From Mesotaenium endlicherianum (Eukaryota), in NCBI GenBank assembly GCA_009602735.1, contig WELA01003597.1, positions 813,157 through 877,156 on the forward strand: 64,000 nt of DNA, written 5' to 3'. Of the stretch, positions 15,984-29,964 are shown piece after piece. The translations under genes were made by a program, and so were the position numbers. Numbering within the stretch: the stretch's first letter is position 1; each line of letters starts with the position of its first letter. Under the pieces are notes generated by a model. That model did not search any database. It saw only the letters and a list, made by a program, of their open reading frames with translations, and was not told the DNA's origin.

Positions 15984-18900
15984 TCCAGTCTACTGACTGT
16001 GAGGATGCTAGAGATAGTGAGTCGTCACTAGCTGCCCTCGTAGCAGGTATTATGGGTCCTGCTGAACTGGATTCACTATGCATGCCTGACAACCAGATAA
16101 AGGAGACCATCAGCAATATGGATGTCCAGGAAGTGCACACTCTGGATGCTCTTGTTCCACCTGATGTCCAACATTTCTTTGCTAAGTCAGGAGAACAATG
16201 CGAAAGTCAGGAAAAGACAGTCCCCCCTATCCTACTGCATTGCATGATTGCAGGTAGGAAGGTGAGGGCATTTGTTGACGGAGGGGCGTCACATACTTTT
16301 ATCCACAAGGACTTAGTTAAGCGGCTAAGGCTGCCTACTGTCACCCAAGGGAATAGAAAAATATTCCTTGGAGATGCCTCAAGTATCCTGGGAGGAGTCA
16401 TAACCAAGCCTATTGAGGTCCAGTTAGGTTCTGGCATTGCAGTTCTAACTGAAACGCTTACATTTGAGGTACTCAACACTGGTTTTTATGATCTCGTGCT
16501 AGGCAGGTCCTGGCTTAATAGACATCAAGCTGAGGTGTGTTGGAGCAGAGGTACAGTTAAAGTGAGAGGAGCCAGTGTTGGGCAGACTAACTTGGCACCC
16601 ACCACTGCTCTTCCTCTTGTCCTGTGTGGATGGCAAATGAAGGAAAAGAAGAGGCTTCCAGAAGGATGCAAGTTGCTGAATGCAATGGAGTTCGTCAAAA
16701 GAAGGAACCTGAAGGAAGACAGAATGTTTTGTCTGCTGCTAAGAGAGGTACCTCATCAACCTGAAGAAGTGGTGGAGAAAAAGGTAAGCCCTCCGGAGCA
16801 CCCTACTGCTGCAAAAATTGTTGCTCAGTACACTGATGTATTTAATATGCCTCCAGGACTACCCCCTAAGAGGGAAGTAGATCTATTACCTGGGAGTCAG
16901 CCACTTTGGCAACGCACGTATGGCTTGTCTTATGTGGAGAGCGAGGAGTTGAAAACACAGATTGCAGAGCTTGAGGAAAATAGTTATATTTCCCCCAATA
17001 AATCACCTTACGGCGCACCCATCCTATTTGTTAAGAAAAAGAATGGCAGTATGCGGATGTGTGTGGATTACAGAGCCCTGAACAGAATCACGCTAAAGAT
17101 CAAGTATGCTTTACCCAGAATCGAGGACTTGCTTGATACCCTGTCTGATGCTAAGGTGTTCAGTAAGATAGATCTCAAGAGTGGTTATCATCAAATCAGA
17201 ATTGCTGAGGGGAATCAATACAAGACTGCCTTCCGCACACGTTATGGACACTATGAGTTCAACGTGATGCCATTTGGACTGACTAATGCTCCTGCGACCT
17301 TCATGGGTGCTATGAATGACATTTTCAGGCCTTATTTGGATAAATTTGTGCAAGTTTTCCTGGATTATATTTTAATTTTCTCTAAAGATGAAGCTCAGCA
17401 CGCTGAACACTTAAAGACAGTCATGGACATTCTGAGAAGAAATTAGTTGTATGCTAAAATGAGCAAGTGTGATTTCTTTAAAGAAAGTATTCAATTCTTA
17501 GGCCACCTTGTCAGTAAAGAGTGCATCAGTGTGGATCCTAAGAAAGTCCAGACCATAAGGGACTAGCCTGTACCACAGTCTGTCTCTGAAGTTAGATCCT
17601 TCCTCGGGTTGGCTAACTACTATAGGAGATTTATTGAGAATTATTCCACAAAGGCCAGTAAACTGACTGACCTTACTAAGAAAGACATAGGGTATGTGTG
17701 GGGGGAAGAGCAGCAGGCTGCCTTCCAAACCCTTAAAGATGCCCTTTGTTCTGCCCCAGTGCTAGCCGTGTATGACCCCAGCAAACCGGTGCAGGTGGTC
17801 ACTGATGCCTTTGACTTTGCCATGGGTGCTATTTTGTTGCAGCCTGCTGACAAGACCACAAAGGATGGTAAGGTACGGCAGGAGTGGCACCCTGTGTTGT
17901 ATGAGTCTATGAAATTTAATCCAGCGGAGATTAATTACTCAGTGCATGATAAAGAGCTGCTAGCTATCATTCATGTGCTCAAACAGTGGAGAGCATACTT
18001 ACATGGTAAAGCTTTTAAGGTGATTACAGATCATCTAGCTCTGACTCACTTTCAGAAGAAGTCCAAGCTGTCGAGGAGGGAGAACCGCTGGAGCCAGATG
18101 CTGGAGCAGTTCCAAGTCCAGATCGACTACAAACCAGGGAAGTTGAATCCTGCTGATGCACTCTCTAGAAGACCTGACTTGCAAGAAAGGAACTTCATTC
18201 AGCATGCTGTAGATAAGGTCCTTTGTGCACTCACTTCACTGAAGGTGAAAAAGTCCTTCATAGAACAACTTAGGAAAGCCTACCTTTCTGACCCAACCTT
18301 TGAGCCCAGCCCCACTACTGGTGTGTGTCGTGCTACTGCACTCGGGTATGAGCTTAGGGGAGGGGTCTGGGTGACTGAAACCACTTCAGGCAGGCTGAAG
18401 CTGGTCATTCCTAATAACGTGGAATAAAGGTCCCTTTTTTTGAGTCAAGCACATGACAGTTTACTGGGTGGGCATTTGGGGCAGGCCAAAACTGTTGGCA
18501 AACTGGCAAAACATTATCATTGGGAGGGATTACCTCGGGAGGTCTGAAATACGTTAAGTCCTGAGACCAGTGTCAAAAGAATAAGTCTAGGCACACACCA
18601 CCGGGGGGCCTCTTACAACCGCTGCCCATCCCAGCTGGCCGCTGGGAAACAATATCCATGGAGTGGGTGGTCACACTGCCACAAACTGCCAATGGGCATG
18701 ATTCGATACTGGTTGTTGTGGATAAACTGACAAAAATGGTCATTTTTATCCCCACAACTGTCAAGGTAACTACACTCAAAACAGCGAGACAGTTCTACAA
18801 CCATGTAGTATGCCAACATGGGCTACCCTCTAATATAATCTCAGACAGAGACTCGAAATTTACCTCTAAGTTCAGGACAGCTTTATTGGGGTTAATGGGA

Positions 18901-19704
18901 GTCAAGCAGCTGCTGAGCACAGCAAACCACCCTTAGACTGATGGGCAGACTGAAAGAACTAACAGAGTTCTGCAAGAGGTCCTGAGAGCCTATATTAACC
19001 AAAAACAAGATAATTGGAATGACCTGTTACTGCAAATCCAGTTTGCGGTCAACAGTGCGGTGCACGCGTCAACGGGCAAGACTCCTTTTGAACTAAGCCT
19101 GGGTAGAGTCCCCAAGTCTCCTTCAGATGTCCTAAGGGAGTCTTTAACTCACTTTGAAGGGATTGACAATCCGGTCTCACTCCAGTTAACTCAGGAGTTT
19201 GTTGACACCCTGTCAGAAGTCCAGCAGAACCTGCACAAAGCCCAGGAAAACCAACAAAAGTACGCTAATCAGCACCGTCGAGAACTGACCTTTTCTAAGG
19301 GCGATTTGGTCAAAGTGCATTCTCAGCACTTGTACCTGCCTGGTGTGGTCAAGAAAAAGCTTGGTCTTATCTGGGTCGGTCCATATTCGTTGGTGCGAGG
19401 TGTCGGTCAGAAAGCTTTCAAACAGAACATGTCAGCCGAATACAAGGGTCCTCCGGCCTTTAATGTCTCCTTCCTGGAACGTTACATCCCCGCTGCCCGG
19501 GACGGCGACCCTGAGGAATATGAGGTTGAGGAGATTTTAGACGCGCGCTCGGTTCGTCGATCGTCTAAATATGTCATGAAGTACCTCATTCGATGGAAGG
19601 GTTACGATGCCTCTGGGAACACTTGGGAATTTAACGACCATTTGACTAATGCCAAAGGGGCGTTGAAACGGTTCCACCTTCGGGCGGCTGGAGCACCTCC
19701 CTAA
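15959..19704 (+). pseudogene. pol: pol of A1 (protease, RT, RNase H, integrase, chromodomain), disrupted
   Basis: [69 protein letters not shown]...YLIRWKGYD; several stops and frameshifts. Confidence 0.95.
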
Positions 19705-20062
19705 CAGTCATTTCAGTTGACACGGGAAGGTGACAGGAGGTCCTGTCTCCATTTAAGTTGGAGGGGAAAATATGACAGTTAGTATGCGAGAGCGAGAAAG
19801 GGACAGTTATGTGAACCCTAAGTGTCAGCATAGTGACAGAGGGGACAGCCTGGCCCACATAAAGCACCTTTAGCTGAAGGAAAAAGGAAAACACATTCAT
19901 ACGTTTATGTCTAGCACACCGCAACTATGTCAACTCCTAGCAATCACCCTGTAAGGTTAATGGGAACGAATATACCATACTAATACGAACTTACTCCCTT
20001 CCTGCAACTTCTAGGATAAAGGTCGATATCCTATCAACTTGTGCCGTGGCTACATGTGCAGA

Positions 20063-21609
20063 ATGGCTCAGAAAGCGCAAGGCAGAAGAAGCCAGGAGGA
20101 CAATGGAGCAATACCAAAAGGAGCTGGCGGCGACGTCCCTCACCAGGAGAGAACAAGAAAGGGTCCGCAAACAACAAGAGGCGGCATTAGAAGCACAGAG
20201 GAAGAAGGATCAGGAAGCGGAAAACCTCAGGAAACCTGAGGAGGAGAGACAGAAGAAACAACAGGAAGAAGCGGCAGCGGCAGAGGAGGAGAGAAGGAAA
20301 AAGGCTGAAACAAACAGGCAGAAGAGCTTGGTTACTTACAGGTATACTGTGGTGGGTGGCCAAAACTTTGATAACCTAAAAGAAGCATTGCTGGTAGCCC
20401 AGGAGATCAACAAGCTGGAACAGACAACACTGCTACAGAGGGAAGGAACTGCAGCACTGGATAGGTACATTGAGACACACTCTGGTGTGGTCCTCTACGA
20501 GGATTATGCCAAGATGGTGGGCTATATAGCAGAGCAGGCCGGGTACCTTGCCGATGATTTAGAGAACAAGCCAGTCCCAATACCGGGAATAGTGGGAGAT
20601 CAAAGACTCATCAGGATGGTGAGCATGCGGCCCGATAGCTTTAAGGATACGGTATTCTACCTCACACTATGCCAGCTTACAATGAGATTGAGAGAAGGAG
20701 CTGGGAGTACTTGGCCAGGAAGGCAGGACAGCAGATGTTCTCTCCCCACTGGTTCCCATGTAAACTAAGAAAGGCTGAGCATGGACCCCAGTATTACCAG
20801 CAGCCAACAGACTGGAGGTGGATGACGGTCACAAACAAAAAGCAGGAGTGTGACCGAGCCCAACTAGACGATTTCTACTATGGCCTAGACGGCTACCTCA
20901 TCCTACCACCTCACATTGCCCCTTGGGACCCCAGGCTGAATGACTGCCTGAGCAATATGAATGCAAAGACCAAAGAGCACAGGAGGAGGGGGAGGGACTA
21001 CTTCTCAAGGGAAAGCATGCCTTCGTCAAATGGGCGAAGAATGCAGGCCGGATAGATATCAGCAGGCTGAAGGCCAAGCAACCTCCAGCGCGCCCTAAGA
21101 AAGGGAGGTCAGTAGACTACTCCATGTCTACCAGGGAGCAGGACGACTTAGTGGACGAGACTCCTACTCTCTCAGAGGAGGAGGATGAGGAGGATGAGGA
21201 AGAAGAACAAGGCAGAGGAGAAGCATCAGGAGCTGGTACTCAGGAGACCCAAGGGCAAGCAGGGGCACTTCCTAAGGAACCAAGATCAGGTATATGGAAC
21301 GTGATCTCGGTCATGGAGGCGACTGGATCCCGCACTCGCTCCTCCAGCCCACCTGCCCAAGCAGGAAAAGAAGTTGATCTGACTGTACTTGGCAGCAGAC
21401 ACAGGCAGAAATCCCCAGAGGACAGGGGTGCCAGAAGAGGGACACGCGGGGTGGCCAGAGGTATGCCGGCCTCCCCCTTTGCTCAGGGACGTGTACCTCT
21501 TGCCAATGTATTTTAGCATCCTACTGGAATGCCTGTCTATGTGGGGATCACACCCAAGTGGGTGAAGAGCAGGCTACCATCCTTCGTTCTCCTCGAGGTC
21601 CAACTTTAG
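20063..21609 (+). pseudogene. Extra 3' ORF of A1 (variant 1), unknown function, frameshifted
   Basis: ORF pieces 20046-20768, 20669-21055 and 21124-21516 are colinear with the 30289 ORF and near-identical to the minus-strand copy at 32896-33681. Confidence 0.8.
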
Positions 21610-21829
21610 AACAAACGGCGTTCTTTAGAAGGCCAGCTGACAGACCTAGAGGGCTGTCCAGATCAAGGTCCAGATCTCCGTCTCCTGATCCTGAAGCCCC
21701 GGGAACACCCCCCTAAGGTGACAGGCTAAAAAGGCAGTCAGTGGGGGAGGCTGGCCAGGTTCAGGTCCCTTATTTAAGAGTTATGCAGTTTAATGTTGTC
21801 GAGGCGACAACAAGTTAAGTTGGAGGGAT

Positions 21830-22545
21830 TGTAATGAATCAGTATATTAGTAGATATAATATTCATTTAAATGTAATAATTATTTAAGTTCAACCTACTG
21901 AACTTTAGTTGATAATCAGTCTGCTGGACTTTATATTTCAAATCAGTTTAATGACTCAGTCGGAAGCCGTAGGCTGAAGTCCATTTAAGTCAGCTTGCTG
22001 ACACATTCTTTGACAGCCAGCTGACTTCTGTATTCGGTAGCAGCAAACTGCCTCGATATGCATTCAAGTATGATATGCTAGATGAATGGCCAGATGACAT
22101 CCCTATGATGGATGGCTATTCGGGATGATGGGAGATGGAGGTGGATTTGGTTAACCGAGGTCCTACCAACGTGGTTAACCCCCGGGTAGGGGGTGTCATC
22201 GCACTGGCCGTTGAACAGTAAACTCATTCCATGTACATGTGATAGGCATTGCTCTCGAGTTTGGCATTCGGAAATGAACTCTCTTGTACAGCTTACTGAG
22301 AGAAACCTGAATCCAAGGCGAGAAGCCATTGATATGCACTGTCTTCCAACCTTGCTTATGTATGAGTTTACTGATTGCATTATTGATGCTAGTTTACTTG
22401 CATTTGACTCACGAGTATTATTCACTGCTAGTGTGTTGTCCTTTGCTGTTAAATCAATTAACGGAAAATACCATAAAGATTACTTGCTGATATAAAGATC
22501 TTTATTAAATTGTTAATCGCCTATTTGGTAAGTCGATTCATTTCA
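21830..22545 (+). mobile_element. 3' LTR of A1
   Basis: Follows the PPT; TG...CA ends. Confidence 0.92.
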
Positions 22546-23642
22546 CTCACTTTCAGAAGAAGTCCAAGCTGTCGAGGAGGGAGAACCGCTGGAGCCAGAT
22601 GGTGGAGCAGTTCCAAGTCCAGATTGACTATAAACCAGGGTACATTAAATCCTGCTGATGCACTCTCTACAAGACTAGACTTGCAAGAATGGAACTTTAG
22701 TCAGCATGCTGTAGATAAAGTCCTGTGTGCACTCACTTCACTAAAGGTGAATAAGTCCTTCCGTGAACAACTTAGGAAGCCTATCTTTCTGACCCAACAT
22801 TTGAGCCCAGCCCCACTAATGGTGTGTGTCTTGCTACTGCACTCGGGTCTAGGCTGAAGGGAGGGATCTGGGTAACTGAAACTACTTCAGGCAGGTTGAA
22901 GCTGGTCATTCCTAATAACTTGGAAAGGTCACTCTTACTGAGTCAAGCACATGACAGTTTACTGGGTGGGCATTTGGGGAAGGCCAAAACTGTTGGCAAA
23001 TTGACAAAACATTATCATTGGGAGGGGTTATCTCGGGAGGTCTTGAAATATGTTAAATCCTGTGATCAGTGTCAGAAAAATAAGTCTATATGTACTCCAC
23101 CCGGGAGGTTATTACAACCACTACCCATCCCAGCTAGACAATGGGAAACAAATCCATGGACTGGGTGGTAACATTACCAAGAACTGCCCGTGGGCACAAT
23201 TCTATATTGGTAGTCGTGGATAAAGTGACAAAAATGGTCATCTTCATCCCCACCATTGTCACAGTAACTGCAATCAAAACTACAAGACAATTCTACAACC
23301 ATGTAGTATGCCAACATGGGCTACCCTCTCATATTATCTCAGACAGAGACTCAAAGTTTACCTTCAAGTTCTGGAGAGCTTTATTGGGGTTAATGGCAGT
23401 CAAACAGCTCCTCAGTACAGCAAACCACCCTCAGACTGATGGGCAAACTTAAAGAACTAACCGAGTTCTACAAGAGGTGCTGAGAGCATACATCAATCAG
23501 AAACAAGATATTTGGGATGACTTGTTGCCTCAAATTCAATTTGCGGTCAACAGTGCGGTGCATGCGTCAACGGGAAAGACTCCTTCTGAACTCGGTCTAG
23601 GTAGAGTCCCTAAGTCTCCCTTAGATGTGCTAGGAGAGTCTT
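22546..23642 (+). pseudogene. pol: Family A pol fragment (end of RNase H to integrase core)
   Basis: [40 protein letters not shown], with frameshifts. Confidence 0.9.
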
Positions 23643-24363
23643 TGAAATGAATTGACTTACCAAATAGGCGATTAACAATTAATAAAGATCTTTATATCAG
23701 CAAGTAATCTTTATGGTATTTTCCGTTAACTGGTTAAACGGCAAAGGACAACACACTAGCAGTGAACAATACTCGTAAGTCACATGCGAGTTAACTAGCA
23801 TCAATAATGCAAATCAGTAAATTCATACATAAGCAAGGTTAGAAGACAGTGCGTACCAATGGCTTCTCGCCTTGGATTCAGATCTCTCTCAGTAAGCTGT
23901 ACAAGAGAGTTGGCCTCGTTTCCGAATGCCGAACTCGAGAGCAATGCCTAGCATATGTACATGGAATGAGTTTAGTGTTCAACGGCCAGTGCGATGGCAC
24001 CGCCTACCCGGGAGTTAACCACGTTGGTAGGACCTCGGTTAACCAAATCCACCGCCATCTCCCATCATCCCGAATAGCCATCCATCATAGGGATGTCATC
24101 TGGCCATTCATCTAGCATATCATACTTGAATGCATATCGAGGCAGTTTGCTGCTACCGAGTAAGGAAGTCAGCTGGCTGTCAAAGAATGTGTCAGCAAGC
24201 TGACTTAAATGGACTTCAGCCTACGGCTTCCGACTGAGTCATTAAACTGGTATTAAATATTAAGTCCACCAGACTGATTAATAACTAGTGTTCAGCAGGC
24301 TGAACTAAATTGACTATTATATTTAAATGAATATTATATCTACTAATATACTGATTCATTACA
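23643..24363 (-). mobile_element. Inverted family A LTR without matching TSD
   Basis: TGAAATGAATTGACTTACC...CTGATTCATTACA; flanks GTCTT / ATTCG. Confidence 0.9.
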
Positions 24364-24689
24364 ATTCGGCATTCGGAAACGAGGCCAACTCTCTTGTACA
24401 GCTTACTGAGAGCGATCTGAATCCAAGGCGAGAAGCCATTGATATGCACTGTCTCCTGACCTTGCTTATGTATGAGTTTACTGATTTGCATTATTGATAC
24501 TAGTTTACTCGCACTTGACTTACGAGTATTATTCACTGCTAGTGGGTTGTCCTTTGCCGTTTAACCAGTTAACGGAAAATACCATAAAGATTACTTGCTG
24601 ATATAAAGATCTTTATTAGTTGTTAATCGCCTATTTCGTAAGTCGATTCATTTCAGTGGTATCGGAGCAGTTATCACAGTCTTCTTTAT

Positions 24690-26166
24690 ATGGTAAGGAC
24701 AAGGTCTCAAACCAGCAACTCCCAAGACATGGAGAACCAGGATAACGAGAATGTCGAAAACTAGGCGGAAAGCCATGTAGCGGGAACCCGTAACTATTTT
24801 GAAGCAGCAGCAGATACTGCAGCTAGGGAGGCTGCAGATGAGGCAGCTGCTAATGCCGCAGTCGCAGCACAACAAGCTGAGGAGGAGAGAGCCAGATTAG
24901 AAGCTGAACAAGTAGCAAAGGCCGCGGAGGATACAGAAAGGAGAGAAGGACAGCCAGCTGATGAGCGCACTGTTGAAGAACTTATGGCATCAAGGGCCAA
25001 TATCTGAACCCACCTCCTGCTGTACAACTTAATGTACCCCTAGGTCAAATACGTGACCGGCTGAATGCGGCAGGAATTGCTGCTGCAGGAGCGAGAGGGA
25101 TTGTTGAGGACGCTACTCAGCGAGTAGATGCCAATGCTGCTGCTGCATTTGCTAATCTACCACTCCAGAGTGTAGACTTGGGAGCATTGTTCGTTCAGAT
25201 GCAGTCGCAAATGGCGACCATGTATCAGTCCCAGCAGGAGGATAAAAGCATCATAATGTCCCTACTGCGGGATAGAGACCAACTGGGGTCTCAAACCACT
25301 GGTGGTGGTGGCCGAGGGCCTTGTAAGCCCAAGCCGAAACCTCCCCAGGAATATGATTTTGAGGGAACCAGAAAATATTTCCTGATCAAGTTTCTCGCGG
25401 ATGTTGAGCAGTGGCTGGAGAACTACCCAGAACTGCAAGATTACGAGAAGGTCAGGCACACCGGTGCGCTACTGAAAGGCAGTGCCGCAGACTGGTGGCT
25501 TTACTGGAAGGGAGAGCGTAAGGCTCGGCAACTCGGTGACCCTACGTGGGTAGAGTTTGTCAAGAAGTTGCATGAGAAGTTTGATGTCATCAACCAGCAG
25601 GAGAAAGCTATCTATGCGATGATCTCCCTGACACTGAAGCAGACCACTTCAGTTGCTGAGTTTGCTCAAAAGTTCCAAGAGAACATGATGAAGCAGCCTG
25701 ATTTGCCAGAACGGTATAGGATAGCATACTTCAGGTATGGCTTGAAATCCGAGGTCTCTGGTCATTTTGCTGAGAAAAAGTATGAGAAACTGGCTGACTT
25801 GATCCAGGATGCTGACGCCTGGGATCAGCAGCAGTTCAATCACAAGCGCCAGAGTAACGCTTTGGTGTCTAAGATTGTCAAAAAGCCCCACGGTTCCTAC
25901 AATGCAATTGAAGGAGACCAAGCTGAGGATAATCAGGGTGATGAATATGATATTAGTACAATGCTATTCAGTCTAGAGGTAGAGGTGGCTCCTCTCGAGG
26001 TGGCTATGGAAGGGGTGGTGGTAGGACTACGCCGAGACCAGCCTCAGCAAAATCCACTTGCTACCATTGTCAGCAGAAAGGCCACTACAGAGAACAGTGT
26101 CCAATCAAGCACCTGCCCAAGGTCAAGAGAAAACACCAGCCTTTAAAAGACAGCAACAGTCAGTAA
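24690..26166 (+). pseudogene. gag: gag of A2, disrupted
   Basis: Homologous to A1 gag; knuckle CYHCQQKGHYREQC. Confidence 0.88.
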
Positions 26167-29100
26167 TCCAGTTAATTGACTGTGAGGATGCTAGAGATAG
26201 TGAGTTGTCACTAGCTGCCCTCGTAGCAGGTATTATGGGTCCTGCTGAACTGGATTCACTATGCATGCCTGACAAACAGATAAAGGAGACCATCAGTAAT
26301 ATAGACGTCCAGAGAGTGCACACTCTGGATGCTCTTGTTCCACCTGATGTCCAACATTTCTTTGCTACGTCAGGAGAACAATGCGAAAGTCAGGAAAAGA
26401 CAGTCCCCCCTATCCTACTGCATTGCATNTCATTGCATGATTGCAAGTAGGAAGGTGAGGGCATTTGTTGACGGAGGGGCGTCACATACTTATATCCACA
26501 AGGACTTACTTAAGCGGCTAAGGCTGCCTACTGTCACCCAAGGGAATAGAAAAAATATTCCTTGGAGATGCCTCAAGTATCCCGAGAGGAGTTATAACCA
26601 AGGCTATTGAGGTCCAGTTAGGTTCTGGCTTTGCAGTTCTAACTAAAACGCTTACATTTGAGGTACTCAACACTGGCTTTTATGATCTCGTGCTAGGCAG
26701 GTCCTAGCTTAATAGACATCAAGCTGAAGTGTGTTGGAGCAGAGGTACAGTTAAAGTGAGAGGAGCCAGTGATGGGCAGACTGACTTGGCACCCACCAGT
26801 GCTCTTCCTCTTGTCCTGTGTGGATGGCAAATGAAGGAAAAGAAGAGGCTTCCAGAAGGATGCAAGTTGCTAAATGCAATGGAGTTCGTCAAAAGCTGGA
26901 ACCAGAAGGAGGACAGAATGTTTTGTCTGCTGCTACGAGAGGTACCTCCTCAACCTGAAGAAGTGGTTGAGAAAAAGGTAAGCTCTCCGGAGCACCAAAC
27001 TGCTGCGAAAATTGTTGCTCAATACACTGATGTATTTAATATGCCTCCAGGACTACCCCCTAAGAGGGAAGTAGATCATAGGATTGATCAATTACCTGGG
27101 AGTCAGCCACCTTGGCAACGCACGTATGGCTTGTCTTATGTGGAGAGCGAGGAGTTGAAAACACAGATTGCAGAGCTCGAGGAAAACGATTACATTTCTC
27201 CCAGTAAATCACCTTACGGCGCACCCATCCTATTTGTTAAGAAAAAGGATGGCAGTATGCGGATATGTGTGGATTACAGAGCCCTGAACAGAATTACAGT
27301 ATAGAACAAGTATGCTTTACCCAGGATCAAGGACTTGCTTGATACCCTGTCTGGTGCTAAGGTGTTCAGTAAGATAGATTTCAAGAGTGGTTATCATCAA
27401 ATCAGAATTGCTGAGAGGGATGAACACAAGACTGCCTTCCGTACACGTTATGGACACTATGAGTTCAACGTGATGCCATTTGGACTGACTAATGCTCCTG
27501 CCACCTTCATGGGTGCTATGAATGACATTTTCAGACCTTATTTGGATAAGTTTGTGCAAGTTTTCCTGGATGATATTTTAATTTTCTCTCAAGATGAAGC
27601 TCAGCACGTTGAACACTTAGAGACGGTCCTGGACACTCTGAGAACAAATCACTTATATGCTAAAATGAGCAAGTGTGATTTCTTTAAAGACAGTATTGAG
27701 TTCTTAGGCCACATTGTCAGGAAAGAGGGCATCAGCGTGGATCCTAAGAAAGTCCAGACCATAAGGGACTGGCCAAAACCACAGTCTGTCTCTGAAGTTA
27801 GATCCTTCCTCGGGTTGGCTAACTACTATAGGAGATTTATTGAGAACTATTCCACAAAGGCCAGTAAACTGACTGACCTTACTAAGAAAGACATCGGGTA
27901 TGTGTGGGGGGAAGAGCAGCAGGCTGCCTTCCAGACCCTTAAAGATGCCCTTTGTTCTGCCCCAGTGCTAGCCGTGTATGACCCCAGCAAACCGGTGCAG
28001 GTGGTTACTGATGCCTCTGATTTTGCCATGGGTGCTATTTTGTTGCAGCCTGCTGACAAAACCACAAAGGATGGTAAGGTACGGCAGGAGTGGCATCCTG
28101 TGTTGTATGAGTCTATGAAATTTAATCCAGCGGAGATTAATTACTCAGTGCATGATAAAGAGCTGCTAGCTATCATTCATGTACTCAAACAGTGGAGAGC
28201 ATACTTATATGGTAAAGCTTTTAAGGTGATTNTGCAGATCATTTAGCTCTGACTCACTTTCAGAAGAAGTCCAAGCTGTCGAGGAGGGAGAACCGCTGGA
28301 GCCAGATGCTGGAGCAGTTCCAAGTCCAGATCGACTACAAACCAGGGAAGTTGAATCCTGCTGATGCACTCTCTAGAAGACCCGACTTGCAAGAAAGAAA
28401 CTTTATTCAGCATGCTGTCGATAAAGTCCTGTGTGCACTCACTTCACTAAAGGTGAAAAAGTCCTTCTTAGAACAAATTAGGAAAGCCTACCTTTCTGAC
28501 CCAACATTTGAGCCCAGCCCAACTACTGGTGTGTGTCGTGCTACTGCACTCGGGTATAAGCTTAAGGGAGGGGTCTGGGTGACTGAAACCACTTCAGGCA
28601 GGCTGAAGCTGGTCATTCCTAATAACTTGGAAATAAGGTCTCTCTTACTGAGTCAAGCTCATGACAGTCTCCTGGGTGGACATTTGGGGCAGGCCAAAAC
28701 TGTTGGCAAACTGGCAAAACATTATCATTGGGAGGGGTTACCCCGGGAGGTCTTGAAATATCTCAAGTCCTGTGACCAGTGTCAGAGAAATAAGTCTCGG
28801 CACACACCACCCAAAGGTCTCTTGCAACCACTGCCCATCCCAGCTGGACGCTGGGAAACTATATCCATGGACTGGGTGGTCACACTGCCACGAACTGCTA
28901 ATGGACATGATTCGATATTGGTAGTCGTGGATAAACTGACAAAAATGGTCATTTTCATCCCCATAACTGTCAAAGTAACTGCACTCAAAACAGCGAGACA
29001 GTTTTACAACCATGTCGTATGCCAACATGGGCTACCTTCTAATATTATCTCAAACAGAGACTCAAAATTCAACTCTAAGTTCCGGCGAGCTTTAATGGGG

Positions 29101-29964
29101 TTAATGGGAGTCAAACAGCTGCTCAGCACAGCAAACCACCCTCAGACGGATGGGCAGACTGAAAGAACTAACCGAGTTCTGCAGGAGGTGCTGCGGGCAT
29201 ATATTAACCAAAAACAAGATAATTGGGATGACCTGTTGCCTCAAATTCAGTTTGCGGTCAACAGTGCGGTGCACACGTCAACGGGCAAGACTCCTTTTGA
29301 ACTCAGCCTGGGTAGAGTCCCTAAGTCTCCTTTAGATGTACTGGGGGAGTCTTTAACTGACCCTGAAGGGATTGACATTCCGGTCTCCCTCCAGTTAACT
29401 CAGGATTTCGCTAACACCTTGTCCACAATCCAACAAAACCTGCACAAAGCCCAAGAAAACCATCAAAAATACGCTAATCAACACCGTCGGGAGCTGACAT
29501 TTTCTAAGGGTGATTTAGTCAAACTGCATTCTCAGCACCTGTACCTCCCTGGTGTGGTCAAGAGAAAGCTTGGCCCTGTCTGGGTTGGTTCATATTGGGT
29601 AGTGCGTCGTGTCGGTCAGAATGCTTACAAACTGAACATGTCAGCTGACTACAAGGGTCACCCGGTCTTTAATGTCTCCTTCCTGGAACCATACATCAAA
29701 GGTGATACACTGTTCACAGGTCGGTTACCTGTCCAACCGGGACCCGTCCCCGCTGTCCGGGACGGCGATCCTGAGGAGTACGAGGTCGATGGGATTTTAG
29801 ACGCTCACTCGATCCGTCGATCGTCTAAATATGTCATGAAGTACCTCATCCGATGGAAGGGTTACGATGCCTTTGGGGACACTTGGGAATTTAAAGACCA
29901 GCTGACCAATGCCAAAGGGGCGTTGAAACGGTTCCACCTTCGGGCGGCTGGGGCACCTCCCTAA
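26142..29964 (+). pseudogene. pol: pol of A2, disrupted
   Basis: RT FLDDIL, RNase H TDASDF, 552-aa open integrase-chromodomain segment at 28306-29964. Confidence 0.95.

Larger units (their letters stand above)
13686..22545 (+). mobile_element. Ty3/gypsy chromovirus element A1, full length and decayed
   Basis: 5' LTR 13686-14471, PBS 14473, gag, PR-RT-RH-IN-chromodomain, extra ORF, PPT AAGTTGGAGGGA, 3' LTR 21830-22545; CTCAC on both sides. Confidence 0.93.
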
